A stretch of DNA of 64,000 nt from Podarcis melisellensis. Taxonomy: Eukaryota. Position 1 is the first letter of the stretch. Each line of letters begins with the position of its first letter. The notes beneath the pieces are model-generated. The model did no database searches, had not been told where the DNA came from, and worked only from the letters and a program-made list of their open reading frames with translations. Positions 26,596-39,869 of the stretch are shown here, in pieces. A program made the translations under genes and the position numbers. Location of the stretch: NCBI GenBank assembly GCA_964234715.1, contig OZ174280.1. The stretch is one strand, 5' to 3'.

Positions 26596-28104
26596 AGTTC
26601 TGAGAGTTATTAGGAGACAACCCCCCCCCGCCCCATTCCCTTCACAGAGCTACAGTTCCCAGAGTGGTTTAACAGTCAGTCCGAGGCCTTAGATATGGTT
26701 AATGAATGTGCTGTGGAGCCTGCCATAGATAGTGTAATGACTAATACATTAAAAGCTGGATTTATCTTCTAGCTTAAAAGGATGGGTTCCTGGTGGCATA
26801 ACTTTAGGAAGGCCCACACATAACCTGCATTCATGTGAACAATTTCATTTCCTGATGGATCCACCACTCGAAATGTCCTTATTTCATTGCCAGTCAAAGA
26901 TCTGGCAACAATTTTGAGCATCATCCTAGAGAAAACATCTTTCAAGAGACTTCACAGAAAGTCATTTGAAAGAGTACCTATTGAATTGTTCCCTGTTTCA
27001 AATTCAGCATCTTCTGTAATCCTTTATTAGCAGCTAGGGGATATATGTGATAAGCACACATGTATTGTTGGGTGATTGAACCAAAGAATGGAGGAACAAA
27101 ACTAAATTGCCACAAAGCTTCAGACGTTTACAGAAGTTGTGTTTAATACTGAAACAGGGCAAGGAGGAGAGCCCACCTGCCCACAAACTGCATAAAACAG
27201 AAAAGTACCTTTTTGGCACAAGGTTTAGTGAATCTGGAGGTGGTGGGGTTCTGTAACAAAGAGATGAGGTTTGCTTGCAAAGATTAGAATAGATTTTGAT
27301 AGAGTTATTTTTAGCCTTGGAGTGTTCCAAAACACTTACACCCCACCCAAGAGCCAAAGTGAAAGGTGATGTAAGCCCATCTTTCTTCCCCAGTGGCAAG
27401 ACTCCTTCTTCACACTTATTGTGTGAGGTTGTTGGAGAAGCCAAAACATGCATGCTGGGAAACCAGGAGAAAGTGAAAATTGAATGGGAGAGAGTATTTT
27501 AGCTCACAGCTTAACACTTTCCTGTAGGCTACTTCTCTTGATATGCTCCTGTTGCCTGGGTCATCAGTATACCAGTGAAGGCAATTTTAACTTGTTTCGC
27601 TGTCCTTCGCCCTCTGTGACAAAGGGACTGCACAGAATCCAGAGGTGATGTGCAAAAGTGTGTGCAGACAATGTGCTAGGTATGTCTCAGCTCAAGTTAA
27701 AACGTTCTGCAGAAACCAGTAGGAAATATTTTCCTTGGCTGTATGTCTCAAGCCAAAAGAAAACAACAACAGAGTACAGGTCCACCTTCCTGCACAAAGA
27801 AAAATCATGAGAATACTTATCTTTGATGGGGTAGTTTTCTACATACTCTGGCTACTGGCCATGTTGGCTGGGGCTGATGGGATATGTAGTCCAATAACAC
27901 CTGGAGAGCAACATATTAGCCACCCCCGACCTGCTGCCTGAAGTGGTGCAGTCCAACAAAGTTTCACCACTTAGCATATAAATTGGCCCAGAGATTAGAA
28001 ACTAGTCAGTAAGCATTGAATGGCTGAAGACAGGTGTAGGTGCTCATGCAGACCAACAGCTAACACTGGTTTTACTTGATTGTGGTAAGCCAGGAGCAGT
28101 GAAG

Positions 28105-28530
28105 GGAAACATCTTTGATTCAGTTCCCATTTAAAGGCAAATCCAACTGATTGGCACTTTACAAAACAATGTGCAAACTAAAACACAACCGTCCTTAGGA
28201 ATCCTCACTACTTGAATTTTGCAATGCAGTTCTCCAACCAAGTATTCTGTACGAAAAGGCATACTAGGGGAAAGTGTGCATAAAAATACATGTTAGTGAA
28301 AACAACATACAAAAAATGAAATATTAAAGGATATTGGTTTGCAGAAATAGGCACGTTGGGCAAAATTGCATACAAAAATGTGCATATAAGCACAAATCTG
28401 TACAAAAGTGCTGATGAGCTTTCATGATGACTTTTTTTAAAAAATCACAAACTGATGTGGAAATATGGAGAATTAAATATTGGGAGAATGAGAAACTGAG
28501 GAAACAAAACTGACAGACTTGCCCGTCAGT
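28105..28530. mobile_element. Non-autonomous DNA element related to 11212-11639 (opposite orientation)
   Basis: Reverse-complement similarity (catttaaaggcaaa; catacaaaaatgtg; ttcatga). Confidence 0.55.
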
Positions 28531-29774
28531 AGCCAGGAGTAGCTAACCAGTGGCCTTGCCTGGACTATTTCAGATTAATCAGTAGTCCTCCATATGTTCT
28601 TGGACTCCAACTCCCATCAGCCCCAGTTTGCATGATCAATGGCCAATGATGGGTGTTGTAGCCCAATAACACCTGGAACCACCACATGTTAAGCATTCTG
28701 GCACTTATTGCTGTTATATCAATGAAGAAAATAAGGGTTTTTCTGAATGACCTCTTCTCTGAAATTGGAAAGCTATTCTTGTGAATTATAAATGACTTTC
28801 CCAGTGAAATGTGGAAAGACATACAAGAGCATTAAATAAAAACCCACAATTTCCCAGATTATTAAATGCTTTAACTGGGCATTTATCCTCTGTTTTGTTT
28901 TGGGGTTTTTTGCCATTCTCAATTACTTAGAAAAGAAATTCTGTTATGCAAAAAGTCCAGGGTTAATCTGTGCCTTCTCCATTTTAAAACCAACAACAAC
29001 CTTAAGTATCCAGATTGGAAAGGATAATCTGCCAAAGATCTCAAGGTCCTAACCCCTCACCCCCACCCTGGGAATGTTATAAAACACTGCCATTTGCAAG
29101 TGATGCTATACTGCTTAAGGGGGAAAAACTGAAGGGCTTTTGAACCTGTATGCTCAAATAAACCTAAGAGGCTTGTAACTGCTAGCCAGAACTTTGACAG
29201 CAGTAGTGTGGCACTCAAGAGGTGAAAGGGGGCTGTGAAAAGGAGGATATGGAACCTGAATTTGCCAAGTCATAAGAAACCCCATATGGGCACTGGGGAA
29301 CCTCCAGCCCATGGGCCAAATGTGGCCCACCAGCATTGAGCCTGTGAGACCATTCCCTCCAAACCATGCCCACCTACCCCAGGTTCAATTCCCCAGCATC
29401 TCCAGGTACAGCAGAGAGGGGGCCCTGTTTGAAACTCCCACCCCTATAATCTAGGGAGAGTTGCAGTCAGTCCATGTAGACAGTAGTGAGCTAGATGGAC
29501 CAATGATATGACTCAGTAAAAGGCAGCTTCCTGTGTAAGCAGCAATAAATGAGTTAATTGCTGCTGTGCCAAGGCACTTTTTTATTTTCAAACTATAAAA
29601 GGACAAGAACAGGAAGATACAGCTCATTTTGCACGCAGAGAACAGCTTCTTATGTTACAAAGAGGCTATGAGAACTACTCCTCCCCTTGTGGGCTTCTTT
29701 GTAGCGTCTGAGATATTCCCTGCCTCCGTGCACATTTCACCACACTGGGCAGGGAGAGGTCCAATTTGGACATA

Positions 29775-30033
29775 CTGTATTTTTTGCTCTATAAGACTCA
29801 CTTTTCCCCTCCTAAAAAGTAAGGCGAAATGCGTGTGCGTCTTATGGAGCGAATGCAGGCTGCTCAGCTATCACAGAAGCCAGAACATCAAGAGGGATTG
29901 CTGCTTTCACTGCGCAGCAATCCCTCTTGCTGCTCTGGCTTCTGAGATTCAGAATATATTTTTTCTTGTTTTCCTCCTCCAAAAACTAGGTGCGTCTTAT
30001 GGTCTGTGGCGTCTTATAGAGCGAAAAATACGG
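29775..30033. mobile_element. Tc1/mariner (Tc2/Kanga-like) MITE
   Basis: TIR ctgtattttttgctctataagac / gtcttatagagcgaaaaatacgg flanked by TA. Confidence 0.85.
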
Positions 30034-30973
30034 TACATTAAGAAAAAGTAAGGCAAAACACAAGCTCTTTCAGCTTCTGTCCTACATTAAAGCAGGGTGT
30101 CTGCTAGCATCTTTTTCACTGCTGCAGAGTTGAGGCTGTCATGCATTAATGCACATTTGTTGCTTCCCGAAACAGTGGAAGAATATGCAGCGCAGCGCTC
30201 CCCAAAGTACTGTAATATCCTGCTACATAAGACAAGCTCGTACGCTGGCCATCTCAATGATCCGTCCAGCTCAGCATTTTGTCTACCCACACAGACCACA
30301 TTAGGTGGCTGATGTCTCAAGGAAGTTTGCAAGCAGTGCAATGGAGCAATGTTGACCCCCTGTTGCTAACACTCAACATCTAGCAGTCAGAAGTAATGGC
30401 TCTGAAAATGGATGATTTCACTAATAGATTTGCCCTCCATGTAGTTATCAAAGCCAGTAGTCCAACTATTTCACACCCAGGTCTCAACTGTAAGCCTGCA
30501 GCATGGAAACTACTTCAGTATTTTATTTTTACTATCTATGTCCGTATTTCCTCTTTTTAATAATCCCTCTCTTCTTCCCTCCCCATTCTTAATTTTTAAA
30601 AGCATTTTTTAATAGAAAACAGCACAGCACTTCTTAGGACAGGATATATTCTATTGTGGGATATTATGTGCCAGTTGAACACTAAAGATTTACACTTCTA
30701 AAACTGAAAGCAAAAGTTACCGTATTTATGCTAGTTGAGAAACAACATGACCAGTAACAATTCCAGAAGTGCGCTGCTGTTGCTCTCTACGAAGACTTAA
30801 TTTTGTGTGCATTTGTGTGTGTGTGTGTGTAATATCACCTATCCTCCAAGGAGCTCAAGGGGGTGTACATAGTTCTCTCTTTCTCCAGTGTATCCTCACA
30901 ACAACCCAGTGAGGTAGGTTGAGTTGAGAAATAGTGATTGGCCTAAGGTCACCCAGTGAACTTTATGTGTGTA

Positions 30974-31227
30974 CAGTGGTACCTCTGGTAGCGAACGGGA
31001 TCCGTTCTGGAGCCCCATTCGCAACATGAGCAGAACGCAACCCGCATCTGCTCATGCGCTGGTTGCAATTTGCCATTTCTTCGCATGCGCGTGACATCAT
31101 TTTGCGCGTCTGCACATGTCCGAGTGGTGAAACTCAGAAGTAACCCTTTCCGGTACATTCCCGGGTCACTGCGGGACATATCCTGAAAAAATGTAACATG
31201 AAGCAGACGTAACAAGAGGTATGACTG
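30974..31227. mobile_element. Tigger-like MITE inserted into an old minus-strand MIR/Squam3-like SINE (~30835-31250)
   Basis: cagtggtacctct / agaggtatgactg TIRs with TA duplication; CpG-rich interior. Confidence 0.8.
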
Positions 31228-31535
31228 TATGGCAATTTGAACCCTTGCTCCTAGATCTTTTAAAATGCCATCGTTGTACCCTCTGATTCTGATCTTAAGG
31301 ATGGCCTGTTACACATCACCACAATAGAGGAAATGTGCCACCAAGAAAGAGTCCGCAAATCTACGTAACATTTTCATATGCCAGTTAATTCCTATATAGA
31401 AAGAGGCAAATTTGTAATTAATTACTATACTTCAGTTGGCAGTGCAATACATCTCACCATTGTGGAGAAGACTGTAACCAAGTGACCTCTGTGCCCGCTC
31501 CCAGGTTAAGTATTGGAGGACCCTCCTGCTTTCCA

Positions 31536-31792
31536 GAGAGCCAGTGTGGTGTAGTGGTTAAGAGCAATAGACCCGTAATCTGGGGAATCGGGTTCGCGTC
31601 TCCGCTCCTCCACATGCAGCTGCTGGGTGACCTTGGGCTAGTCACACTTCTCTGAAGTCTCTCAGCCCCACTCACCTCACAGAGTGTTTGTTGTGGGAGA
31701 GGAAGGGAAAGGAGATTGTTAGCCGCTTTGAGACTCCTTCGGGTAGTGATAAAGCGGGATATCAAATCCAAACTCTTCTTCTTCTTCTCTTC
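31536..31792 (+). mobile_element. Squam3-like SINE
   Basis: A box tggtgtagtgg, B box ggttcgcgtc, conserved body, (CTT)n tail. Confidence 0.88.
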
Positions 31793-32818
31793 TAATGGTT
31801 CTTTTATCTTTAAACTGGATCTGGACTGGAGAGCCCTGAAAACTAAGCATGCCTTCAAGCAGAGGACTGTCCTCTGTAAAGTAGGACACAGGGCCACCTT
31901 GCTGGTGCTCAGGCTTTGAGTGTCATCACTTATGTGGCCGTAACAAGACCACCCACCCAACAGGGAGGTATCAACACAGAAGGCCAGGGCAGGGGAGAAC
32001 AGGAAGCCCAGAACAGCCCAGTGAGCCATCAGTGACGATGGCTAATTGCTGGGGAAGTTAGGGAGATAGGGATGGCATGGCTGGAATCCTGACAGCAGCA
32101 CTGCAATGTTTTCTTGCTGGTCCTACTTGCTCCCGATAAAAGGAAAACAACAAACCCCAAGCCCTCTGTTTCAAAGCTTACAGCCTGACATTTCTGTTGC
32201 ATTCCTGACACAGCGCCTCTTGAGTACTGGACTTGGCTGCTTAAGACTGTGTACTTCACCTCATGCTGATCAAAGTTTCTGCTTCTGTTTATTATAGATT
32301 TCTGGTGTGTGTATGTGCATGTTTTCCCCCGCCCTCCCCATCGCCCTTTCCTCAAGTGTGTGTGTGATTCATGCCTTTGGGGAAGCTCAATTCAGAGGCA
32401 GCTGCTGCTTCTCAGTGGGGCTCCAGCCATGCGGCTCAGTTTGACAGGCACCCACAGATCTTAAGCCTTTGGCCAAGGTCAAGTCACCTACTGAGCCAAG
32501 GACTCAAGAATAGACAAGATGCCAGCTAAAGATCCCCCAATCTGCAGCGTGCTACTGGCTCTCTGCCAGCTCTGTCTCATTAGCCCCACTTTAATGGCTG
32601 CTTGCTTAGTTTGCAGAGTTCTTTGCCTGCTCCGTGAGGAAAACACTTGGTCGATTTTGGAAGCATGATATGGCTGAAAGGAGAGAAATAGGCAAAGTGC
32701 TTTTCCTATGAGTTTTGCCTTCCCACCCCAAAACATCCCCCCAACAGAGAGCTGGACTGCTTGACAGTCTAGCTGAATTATACTTTTGCAAAGAGAAAAA
32801 CATTAGCCAAGTGCCCTA

Positions 32819-32820
<2 letters not shown>

Positions 32821-32863
<43 letters not shown>
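32821..32863. repeat. (TTA)n microsatellite, possibly the tail of a minus-strand LINE 3' fragment extending to ~33125
   Basis: Direct observation; the adjacent sequence is A-rich on + strand. Confidence 0.85.
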
Positions 32864-32865
<2 letters not shown>

Positions 32866-33378
32866 TTAATTTTCACCTTTTACATGTATAAAATATCATA
32901 AAAACAGCTAGAAATAGTCGGTACAAAAAATAACTGAAACTAAATTTAGAAACCAATGCAAAATGAACGTCTAAGGCAGAGACTTTTCCACCTAGCAGGA
33001 AAGTCTTTCCAAAACAAAAATGGCTTGAGTTGTTTCTGGAAAATACAGAGAATGTGTAGCTATTGTAACTCAACATATAAGCCTATTTATGTGTAAACTA
33101 ACGCTTATCATAATTAACACCTATTGAGATTTCTCCAAATTAATCCCAGGTGGTGTGGGAGAGAGAGAGAGCGCCACAGCAGCAGTCCCTGCCTCCAACT
33201 GGGAATCCCACTACCATTAACTTGAAGGTCTGTCTAGAGCAAGAATGGCCAATGTGATGGTCTCCAGATGTCATTGGACTACAGCTCCCATTATCCCTGT
33301 TGATTGGTCATGCTGGCTGGGACTGATGGGAGTTGTAGTCCAACAACATTGAGACAGCACCCTAGTATATAGGCACCA

Positions 33379-33627
33379 TGGTGTAGTGGTTAAGAACGGT
33401 GGACTCGTAATCTGGTGAACCAGGTTCGATTCCCCGCTCCTCCACATGCAGCTGCTGGGTGACCTTGGGCCAGTCACACTTCTCTGAAGCCTCTCAGCCT
33501 TACTCACCTCACAGGGTGTTTGTTGTGGGGGAGGAAGGGAAAGGAGAATGTTAGCCACTTTGAGACTCCTTCGGGTAGTGATAAAGCGGGATATCAAATC
33601 CAAGCTCTTCTTCTTCTTCTTCTCTTC
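33379..33627 (+). mobile_element. Squam3-like SINE
   Basis: Near-identical to 31536-31792; B box ggttcgattcc. Confidence 0.88.
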
Positions 33628-36356
33628 ACGTACAGCTTCACATGCATAGATTTTATGGAGAAATTCAAATGAATGTATGTATGTTAGGGCAGGGGTGTAG
33701 CATGGGGGCTTCCGGGGCTATTGCCCCAGGTGCATTGGGAAGGGGCACGCTGCTCATGTTGCCCCCCCTGAGCCAGCCCTGCACTGCTTTGTGAGGCTGG
33801 GATCTGATCAGATCCCAGGCTCGCAAAGTGGTTTGGGGAGGGCGGCATAAAAAGGCTGGGATCCAGGGCCCATGGCTGTTGTGTTCTTCTCATGCACCCT
33901 CACCTAGCTGCTTTGGGAGGAGTGTTTCCATGGCATGGCTCAAATCTTTCAAATGGCAGCTCTTAAAAGGAATAGCACCGAAATAGTGACCTCCTCCAGT
34001 TGCAAGCCTTAGACTATTTTACAGGGTTGCAAGTTGTGTGGACCTGATGAATGAATGAATGAACTTTATTACGGTCACAGACCAGGATAAAAAAACAACA
34101 ACATATATGTCTAGAACCAGGCAAATGTTTTGTAAGATATGCTTACAAAACATCACAGGTCATGACAAGCCAAAGCCTAGTCCCCATGAGCAATGACCTG
34201 GCCTGATAGCAGCCAAAAGATTCCATCAGCAAAGCAGAATGAGACATCTTGTCACTCTTTTCAGGTGAGGAGGGGTCGCTAAAGAAGGCAAGCAGTGAAT
34301 CTGGTCACAATCTGCTTGGACGTTCTTCTACCCAGCAAGCTCCATGGAAAGGAACACAATGCTTTTGCACATCTGTTATTTCTCCTAATGAGGCTTGTTG
34401 AGGAAAGGAACATCCTGGTTAATTGTGCCTTCTATCAGGTAGTGGGAGGCATGGAATGGCTTTTGATACTGTGTGAAGAATAGGCTTTCCACCTGTGGCA
34501 TGTAGAGGAGTGCGTAAAGCATATGCCTTATCCTACATCGGGACATTAAAACTTGAGATCCTGTAAACCAGCCAAGCCTGACCAGATGGCCCATCAATAT
34601 CATTTCCCACTTCTAATGATGGTGGCCCAAATACCTAGCAATTCGAAAGAAAGCAGGCATGAAAATGCAATAATGCACCTGCCTACCCCAGCTATTTCTG
34701 CAAGGATGAAAGCATCTCTTTGCTCTGGGGTAGGAGCTAATTGCTTGCAGCAATCAGGAAGGAAGATTTGATGGCTATTATCTTAGCATGAATAGCTGCA
34801 AATGCTCTTACTAATGTGGGATTGTGTGCAGAGGACTCTGTGTTCCTCCTCTCCTATATACATATTTATGGGCAGATCCATATGGATGTTCCAGAGCACA
34901 GAAGCATGACTGATGCTCCTGAATTGTCCTTGACCTTTCTGCTTGTCCAATTAGCTTTGCTGAGGGGGTGGGGGGAGACGGAATCATGGCCCATTGCTAT
35001 GCTGCCCCAACTGCCTACACCCTTCAAGTCGCTTGCATCTTCTCTCGGCGACTTCCTCATTCACAGCCTTATCATTGCAATCGCAGGGAGCTGGAGAGTG
35101 CCTCGCAGCTGCTTGCTTCTAAACTCTGAAGTGCCTCATGCACAATAGCATGATGAGGAATGGAAAAGGAGCCAAGCCAAAGCCCTTGGCAAGCCGGGAT
35201 TTGTAAGGGAGGAAAAGAATAAAAGAATAACGTTGCCTTTCATATATTTCCGCAAGCACTTATCAAGTCATAGCTCTTTCATGCTCCAGTAGTTCCGACT
35301 GTGATATGAGGCTAGATCCATCCTCATAAAACTCATAGGCAACATTATCGGGAACAAATTCATAAGGGAAGGGAAGAAAGTTACTTGATCCCTTTATACA
35401 TGTTTTTCTTACAGCTTGATTCTTGGATCTAAGCTTGTTTAGTCCCATTGATTTCAGTTAGATTAAATCAGCTTAAATCTTAGTGCTTCTGGTTTAATTG
35501 GGTATGAATCAGGCTACTGAAATCCTTCTTGCACCTCTAACCCAAACTGGCTCTTAATATTGATCTCTGAGGTTTCCTTTAAAGAATGATTAATCTATGG
35601 GTTTTCCAAGTGATTCTAGAGCTCTCTCCCATTTATAAAGTTGGGGGTAAAGTGACTGAATGAAGAGTGCATAGATTTTTCACTCATTTGGATCTATGAC
35701 TTCATATGCCCTCAAGCAAGCGGCAAGATATTTTGAAATTCCCAGCTAATTAGAATGAGTTGATGGTGCTAGATGAGAACAACTGGAAACATATTTCATG
35801 GGAGTCAGCTTAATAGGCTGGGAGATCTACAGATTCATCTATGAAACCAAGCAGATTTTCTTCTCAGATTGTGAGAGGAGAGGAATAATCAAAAGAGAGC
35901 AATTTAAACCTATTCTGCTTTGACTGTCCCAGTTTATATGTATCCTGGATGCCATAATGTCCATTTGATCTGCCAATGTTGTTTATGTTTACATCTGGGA
36001 CCTGTTAAACAATGGTGCAACATGAAGTACACCTTCTTCGGGATTCCAGCCATTCTGGCCCCCTCCAGCCATGGTTTTCTGCCTGACACCCCCTAAAACA
36101 GCCAATAGGTATGCTATAGGCACTGAGCATGCTCAGTGTTGTTGTTTTTTTAGTTCTCCTCCCACCTTATCCTTTTTCTGTTTATTTATTTTTAACTTCT
36201 GCAAAGCTTGGGGTTCCTCTCAAGCCTACAGATGCCTGTCTCTTGTACGCTGGTGCACATTTTGGCTACATAAACAAGAACACTTCTGCCTAAACATTGG
36301 AAAGAAAGCATGTTCCATCAGTGACAACCTGTCTGTTTGTCTTTCTTTGACTCTAG

Positions 36357-36452
36357 GGCAATCTCCCAAAGGAGAGAGCGTGACCAAGGAACAGAGCTGA
36401 ACTATCCACAACACCATCCTCCAGAAGCAATGCTCTAGGAAACCTTTGCACC
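36357..36452 (+). other. DLGAP4: Probable 5'UTR part of the DLGAP4 start-codon exon
   Basis: Polypyrimidine tract and acceptor (tgtttgtctttctttgactctag) ending at 36356. Confidence 0.7.
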
Positions 36453-37406
36453 ATGAAGGGGTTAGGAGATAACAGAAGCCGCCATCTCTCTGATAACCTG
36501 GACTCCCCCCAAGAGTCTCTTTATGCCACCCAAGACAGGAATCCCTATCTCCTCAGCCCCACAGACTCCTACACAATGGACCCTCGATTCCCCACGCCCA
36601 ACTCTCTCCACAGCGATTGCCTCCTTCCACTTAACAACCAGATTTCCAACAGCAGCACATTTCCACGGATCCATTACAACTCTCACTTTGAAGTGCCCGA
36701 TGAGAATCCCTTTCCAAGCCATGCCCAAGCCACCAAGATCAACAGGCTCCCTGCCAACCTCCTGGACCAGTTTGAGAAGCAGCTGCCTGTCCACAGAGAT
36801 GGCTTCAGCACCCTCCAGTTCCAGAGAACCTCTGACGCCAAACACCGGAGCGAGAGCCCCGGGAGGATCCGGCACTTGGTTCACTCGGTCCAAAAGCTTT
36901 TTGCCAAGTCCCAATCCCTGGAAGGTGCGTCCAAAGGCAGCATGAATGGCAAGAAAGGCACTGAGGACTCAAAGCAGAACCGCAGGAGCAAAAGTAAGGA
37001 CCGGGCAAAAACCACCGAGACGAAACGCAGGACCAGATCCAACATATCGGGCTGGTGGAGCTCAGATGACAATCTAGACAGCGATACCTGCAACTATCGC
37101 AACCCTATGGGCCTCATGACCCTAGGCAGACAACCTGACCACAGCCAGCCTAGGTACTTCATGCATGCTTACAACACCATCAGCGAACATATGCTGAAAT
37201 CCTCCAAGAGCAATAATGACCTCAAGGTCACCCCTTGTGCCAACATTCCCATCAGCAGCGAGTCCAACTACATCAAGAGAGGCTCCTGGTCCACGCTCAC
37301 ACTCAGCCATGCACGGGAAATGTGCCAAAAGGCTTCCGCTACCATCGATAGAGCTTTGCTGAAATCCAAGTCCTGCCATCAAGATTTAGCCTATCAGTAC
37401 TTGCAG
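36453..37406 (+). CDS. DLGAP4: DLGAP4 (SAPAP4, disks large-associated protein 4), first coding exon, 318 codons
   Basis: MKGLGDNRSRHLSD..., RLPANLLDQFEKQLP, SPGRIRHLVHSVQKLF, SGWWSSDDNLD, KRGSWSTLTLS, LLKSKSCHQ match the DLGAP4 N-terminus as I recall it. Kozak accATG; phase-0 donor CAG|GTGGGT. Confidence 0.96.
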
Positions 37407-38601
37407 GTGGGTGCTGTGCTCATTGCATGAATGTTTCATAAAGGGCACTCTGATTCACTGTGGCCAGCGGTCTGGTTTGCAGGGAAGTAGCAGGGTTGCA
37501 GCAAAATAAATAATTCATTCTGTGTTTCCATCCATTCAAGCCACCCTACCCTATTTTTGCATGGTCACAAATAGAGCTTGATGGGAAAGTTACAATGGAG
37601 GCTTTCCTATTCAGGTTAGACTCGTGAAGAAATATTCTAGTCTGAACTCCCCAGTTATGACAAAAGTAATAACTCAGGGTCCCTTCAGACTGTCGGTATC
37701 TTGCAAGACAGATTCAAGTCCATACCAGAAAGTTAGATTTGCACATTTAAAGTGTGCACCATAAAGGACTACACAAGGTGGATAATTATTTAGGTAATGT
37801 AGAGATATGCCTGGACAAGATCTGAACAGCTTGCTCTCCTTAGGTGGGGAAAAGCATCCCATTAAGACTTTTGCTCGCCACTTATAAAGCCCACTATCAG
37901 CTATTCTCTCTTACATAAGGGACTCCACTAAACTCATCCAATCATTTTGACCATTTTAGCATTCTTACAGTCAGAGTCACTGAAGGGTTAGATGCAATCC
38001 TGTGAACTCATTTGGACGAACACCGTGAGAGTATAAAATACAGAAGTTTAAAATCAAGCAAGGGACCATGTTATCCTTGGCTGCTCTCAGACATTTCACT
38101 GATTAGAAAGGGGCAAATTTTCTTCTGTGTTAATAAAAATATACGTAGGAACTGTGCTTGATCTGAAGAAGAAAAAGTTCTGTGTCTTTACCCTATCAAA
38201 TTTGTGTTCTCTTAAGGGAGGCCTATTTCTCAGTCTAAGAGACAATGAACCTGTGGCAACTGGAAATAACTCCCTAGAACATCTCCATTAACTTTGTCTG
38301 TCAGTGTGATTTTATTGCAGTTTCAGTGTCTGAAACTGTGTTAAATAACAAGACAGAAGTAGATGACAGGGAGAAAACGTTTAACAAGCCTCTGAAGCCT
38401 TTTTCTACCAAAGATATTGGAGCAGTTATTTGTACCTATAGAATCCCTTATGGACCTTTGACACGAGGCACACAAAGTTTCTTACCAAGTTACATGCATG
38501 TTACTTGACATTTCCCCCCCCCCAATTCCAGTGAAAAATTATTTATTAAAAATCAAAAGGCCATGATTCATGATGAGAGTGTCCTCACCCGCATACACAT
38601 A

Positions 38602-38843
38602 CAGTGGTACCTCAGGTTACATACGCTTCAGGTTACATACGCATCAGGTAACAGACTCCCCTAACCCAGAAGTAGTGCTACAGGTTAAGAACTTTGCTTC
38701 AGGATGAGAAAAGAAATTGTGCAGCAGCGGCGCGGTGGCAGCAGGAGGCCCCATTAGCTAAAGTGGTGCTTCAGGTTAAGAACAGTTTCAGGTTAAGTAC
38801 GGAATTCCGGAATGAATTAAGTACTTAGCCTGAGGTACCACTG
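38602..38843. mobile_element. Tigger-like MITE, same family as 7382-7607, inverted
   Basis: CAGTGGTACCTCAGG...CCTGAGGTACCACTG with TA flanks. Confidence 0.9.
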
Positions 38844-39869
38844 TAGTTGGAAAGGTTTTGGGGTGTTTTTTTTACTTATCAGGGATCAGTTGTGGGAAAG
38901 GAATAAAAGGAATCATCTTTATGAACACAAAAGCATTATTTGAATAAAGTACTAGGTGTCATAAGATACACACCTATAGAGTTCGGGCAACTCCCCGTTT
39001 CCGAGGGGCTTGCATTCCAGGTCAAAGCATGTTTCATAAACCCACCCAACACCATCACACCCTGCTCCCATTACACCCATTCCGCTCCCATTCTTCCCTC
39101 TTCTGAATACAAAAGGATCTGTGCAGCAGTGGTCATGCATCAGGTGGACTCTCCTAAAATGGTTGCCATCTGTAATACAAAAATGTTGACTGAATGTTGT
39201 CCTTGAGACATAAAAGCACATTATTGACATTATATTGTAAAAAGCTGCCCTGGACATAAGTTAACCCAGCTTTTGTTCCTAAATGGTTGAGTTGAGTTCC
39301 CCCTCCTGTGGTTCTTGCAAATAAAAATTAGGGAGAGACTTTACTCAATTGAAGACCTACTTAGAAAAGTACCTTCATTTGTATTTTCTATTCCATTTGT
39401 GTCAAAACATTACAATTATAGGCAAGTGCAGAAAACTCCCAACTGATTGACATTAAATGAAAGATATAAGCAGGATATCAAAGCTGCTTAAAAATAATTC
39501 AACAGAAGCCCTGTGCACCTCCTCACTCTGCCCTGCTACTGACATCAATTGGCCAGATCCTTGAAGTGTGAAATAAGTTCCTTATTTCTCAATGGCCCTT
39601 GTTTCCTTTCCTGTGAGACGTGCTTGAATAACATACCATAATTGGATCTTGCATATGAGTTTGTCTTGGAAGAAAAGGCTTCTGATCCAAATGCATTGAT
39701 GCTAAATTGGATAATTCCGGGTGTGATTCCAGTTTCTGCAGATCCTGAGTCCCCTCTCCCTCCCAAAAAAAGCCACTATACTTAGTTATGTTATATTGGG
39801 CATCAGTATGAAGCAGCTCAGGAGCCCGTCTCATTCTCCAACACAATTAAGTCATACAAGACACAAAGC

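Noticed and set aside
36462-37382. Antisense and alternate-frame ORFs over the DLGAP4 exon (150, 140, 86 aa etc.)
   Set aside because: Shadow ORFs of a real GC-balanced coding exon; no independent support
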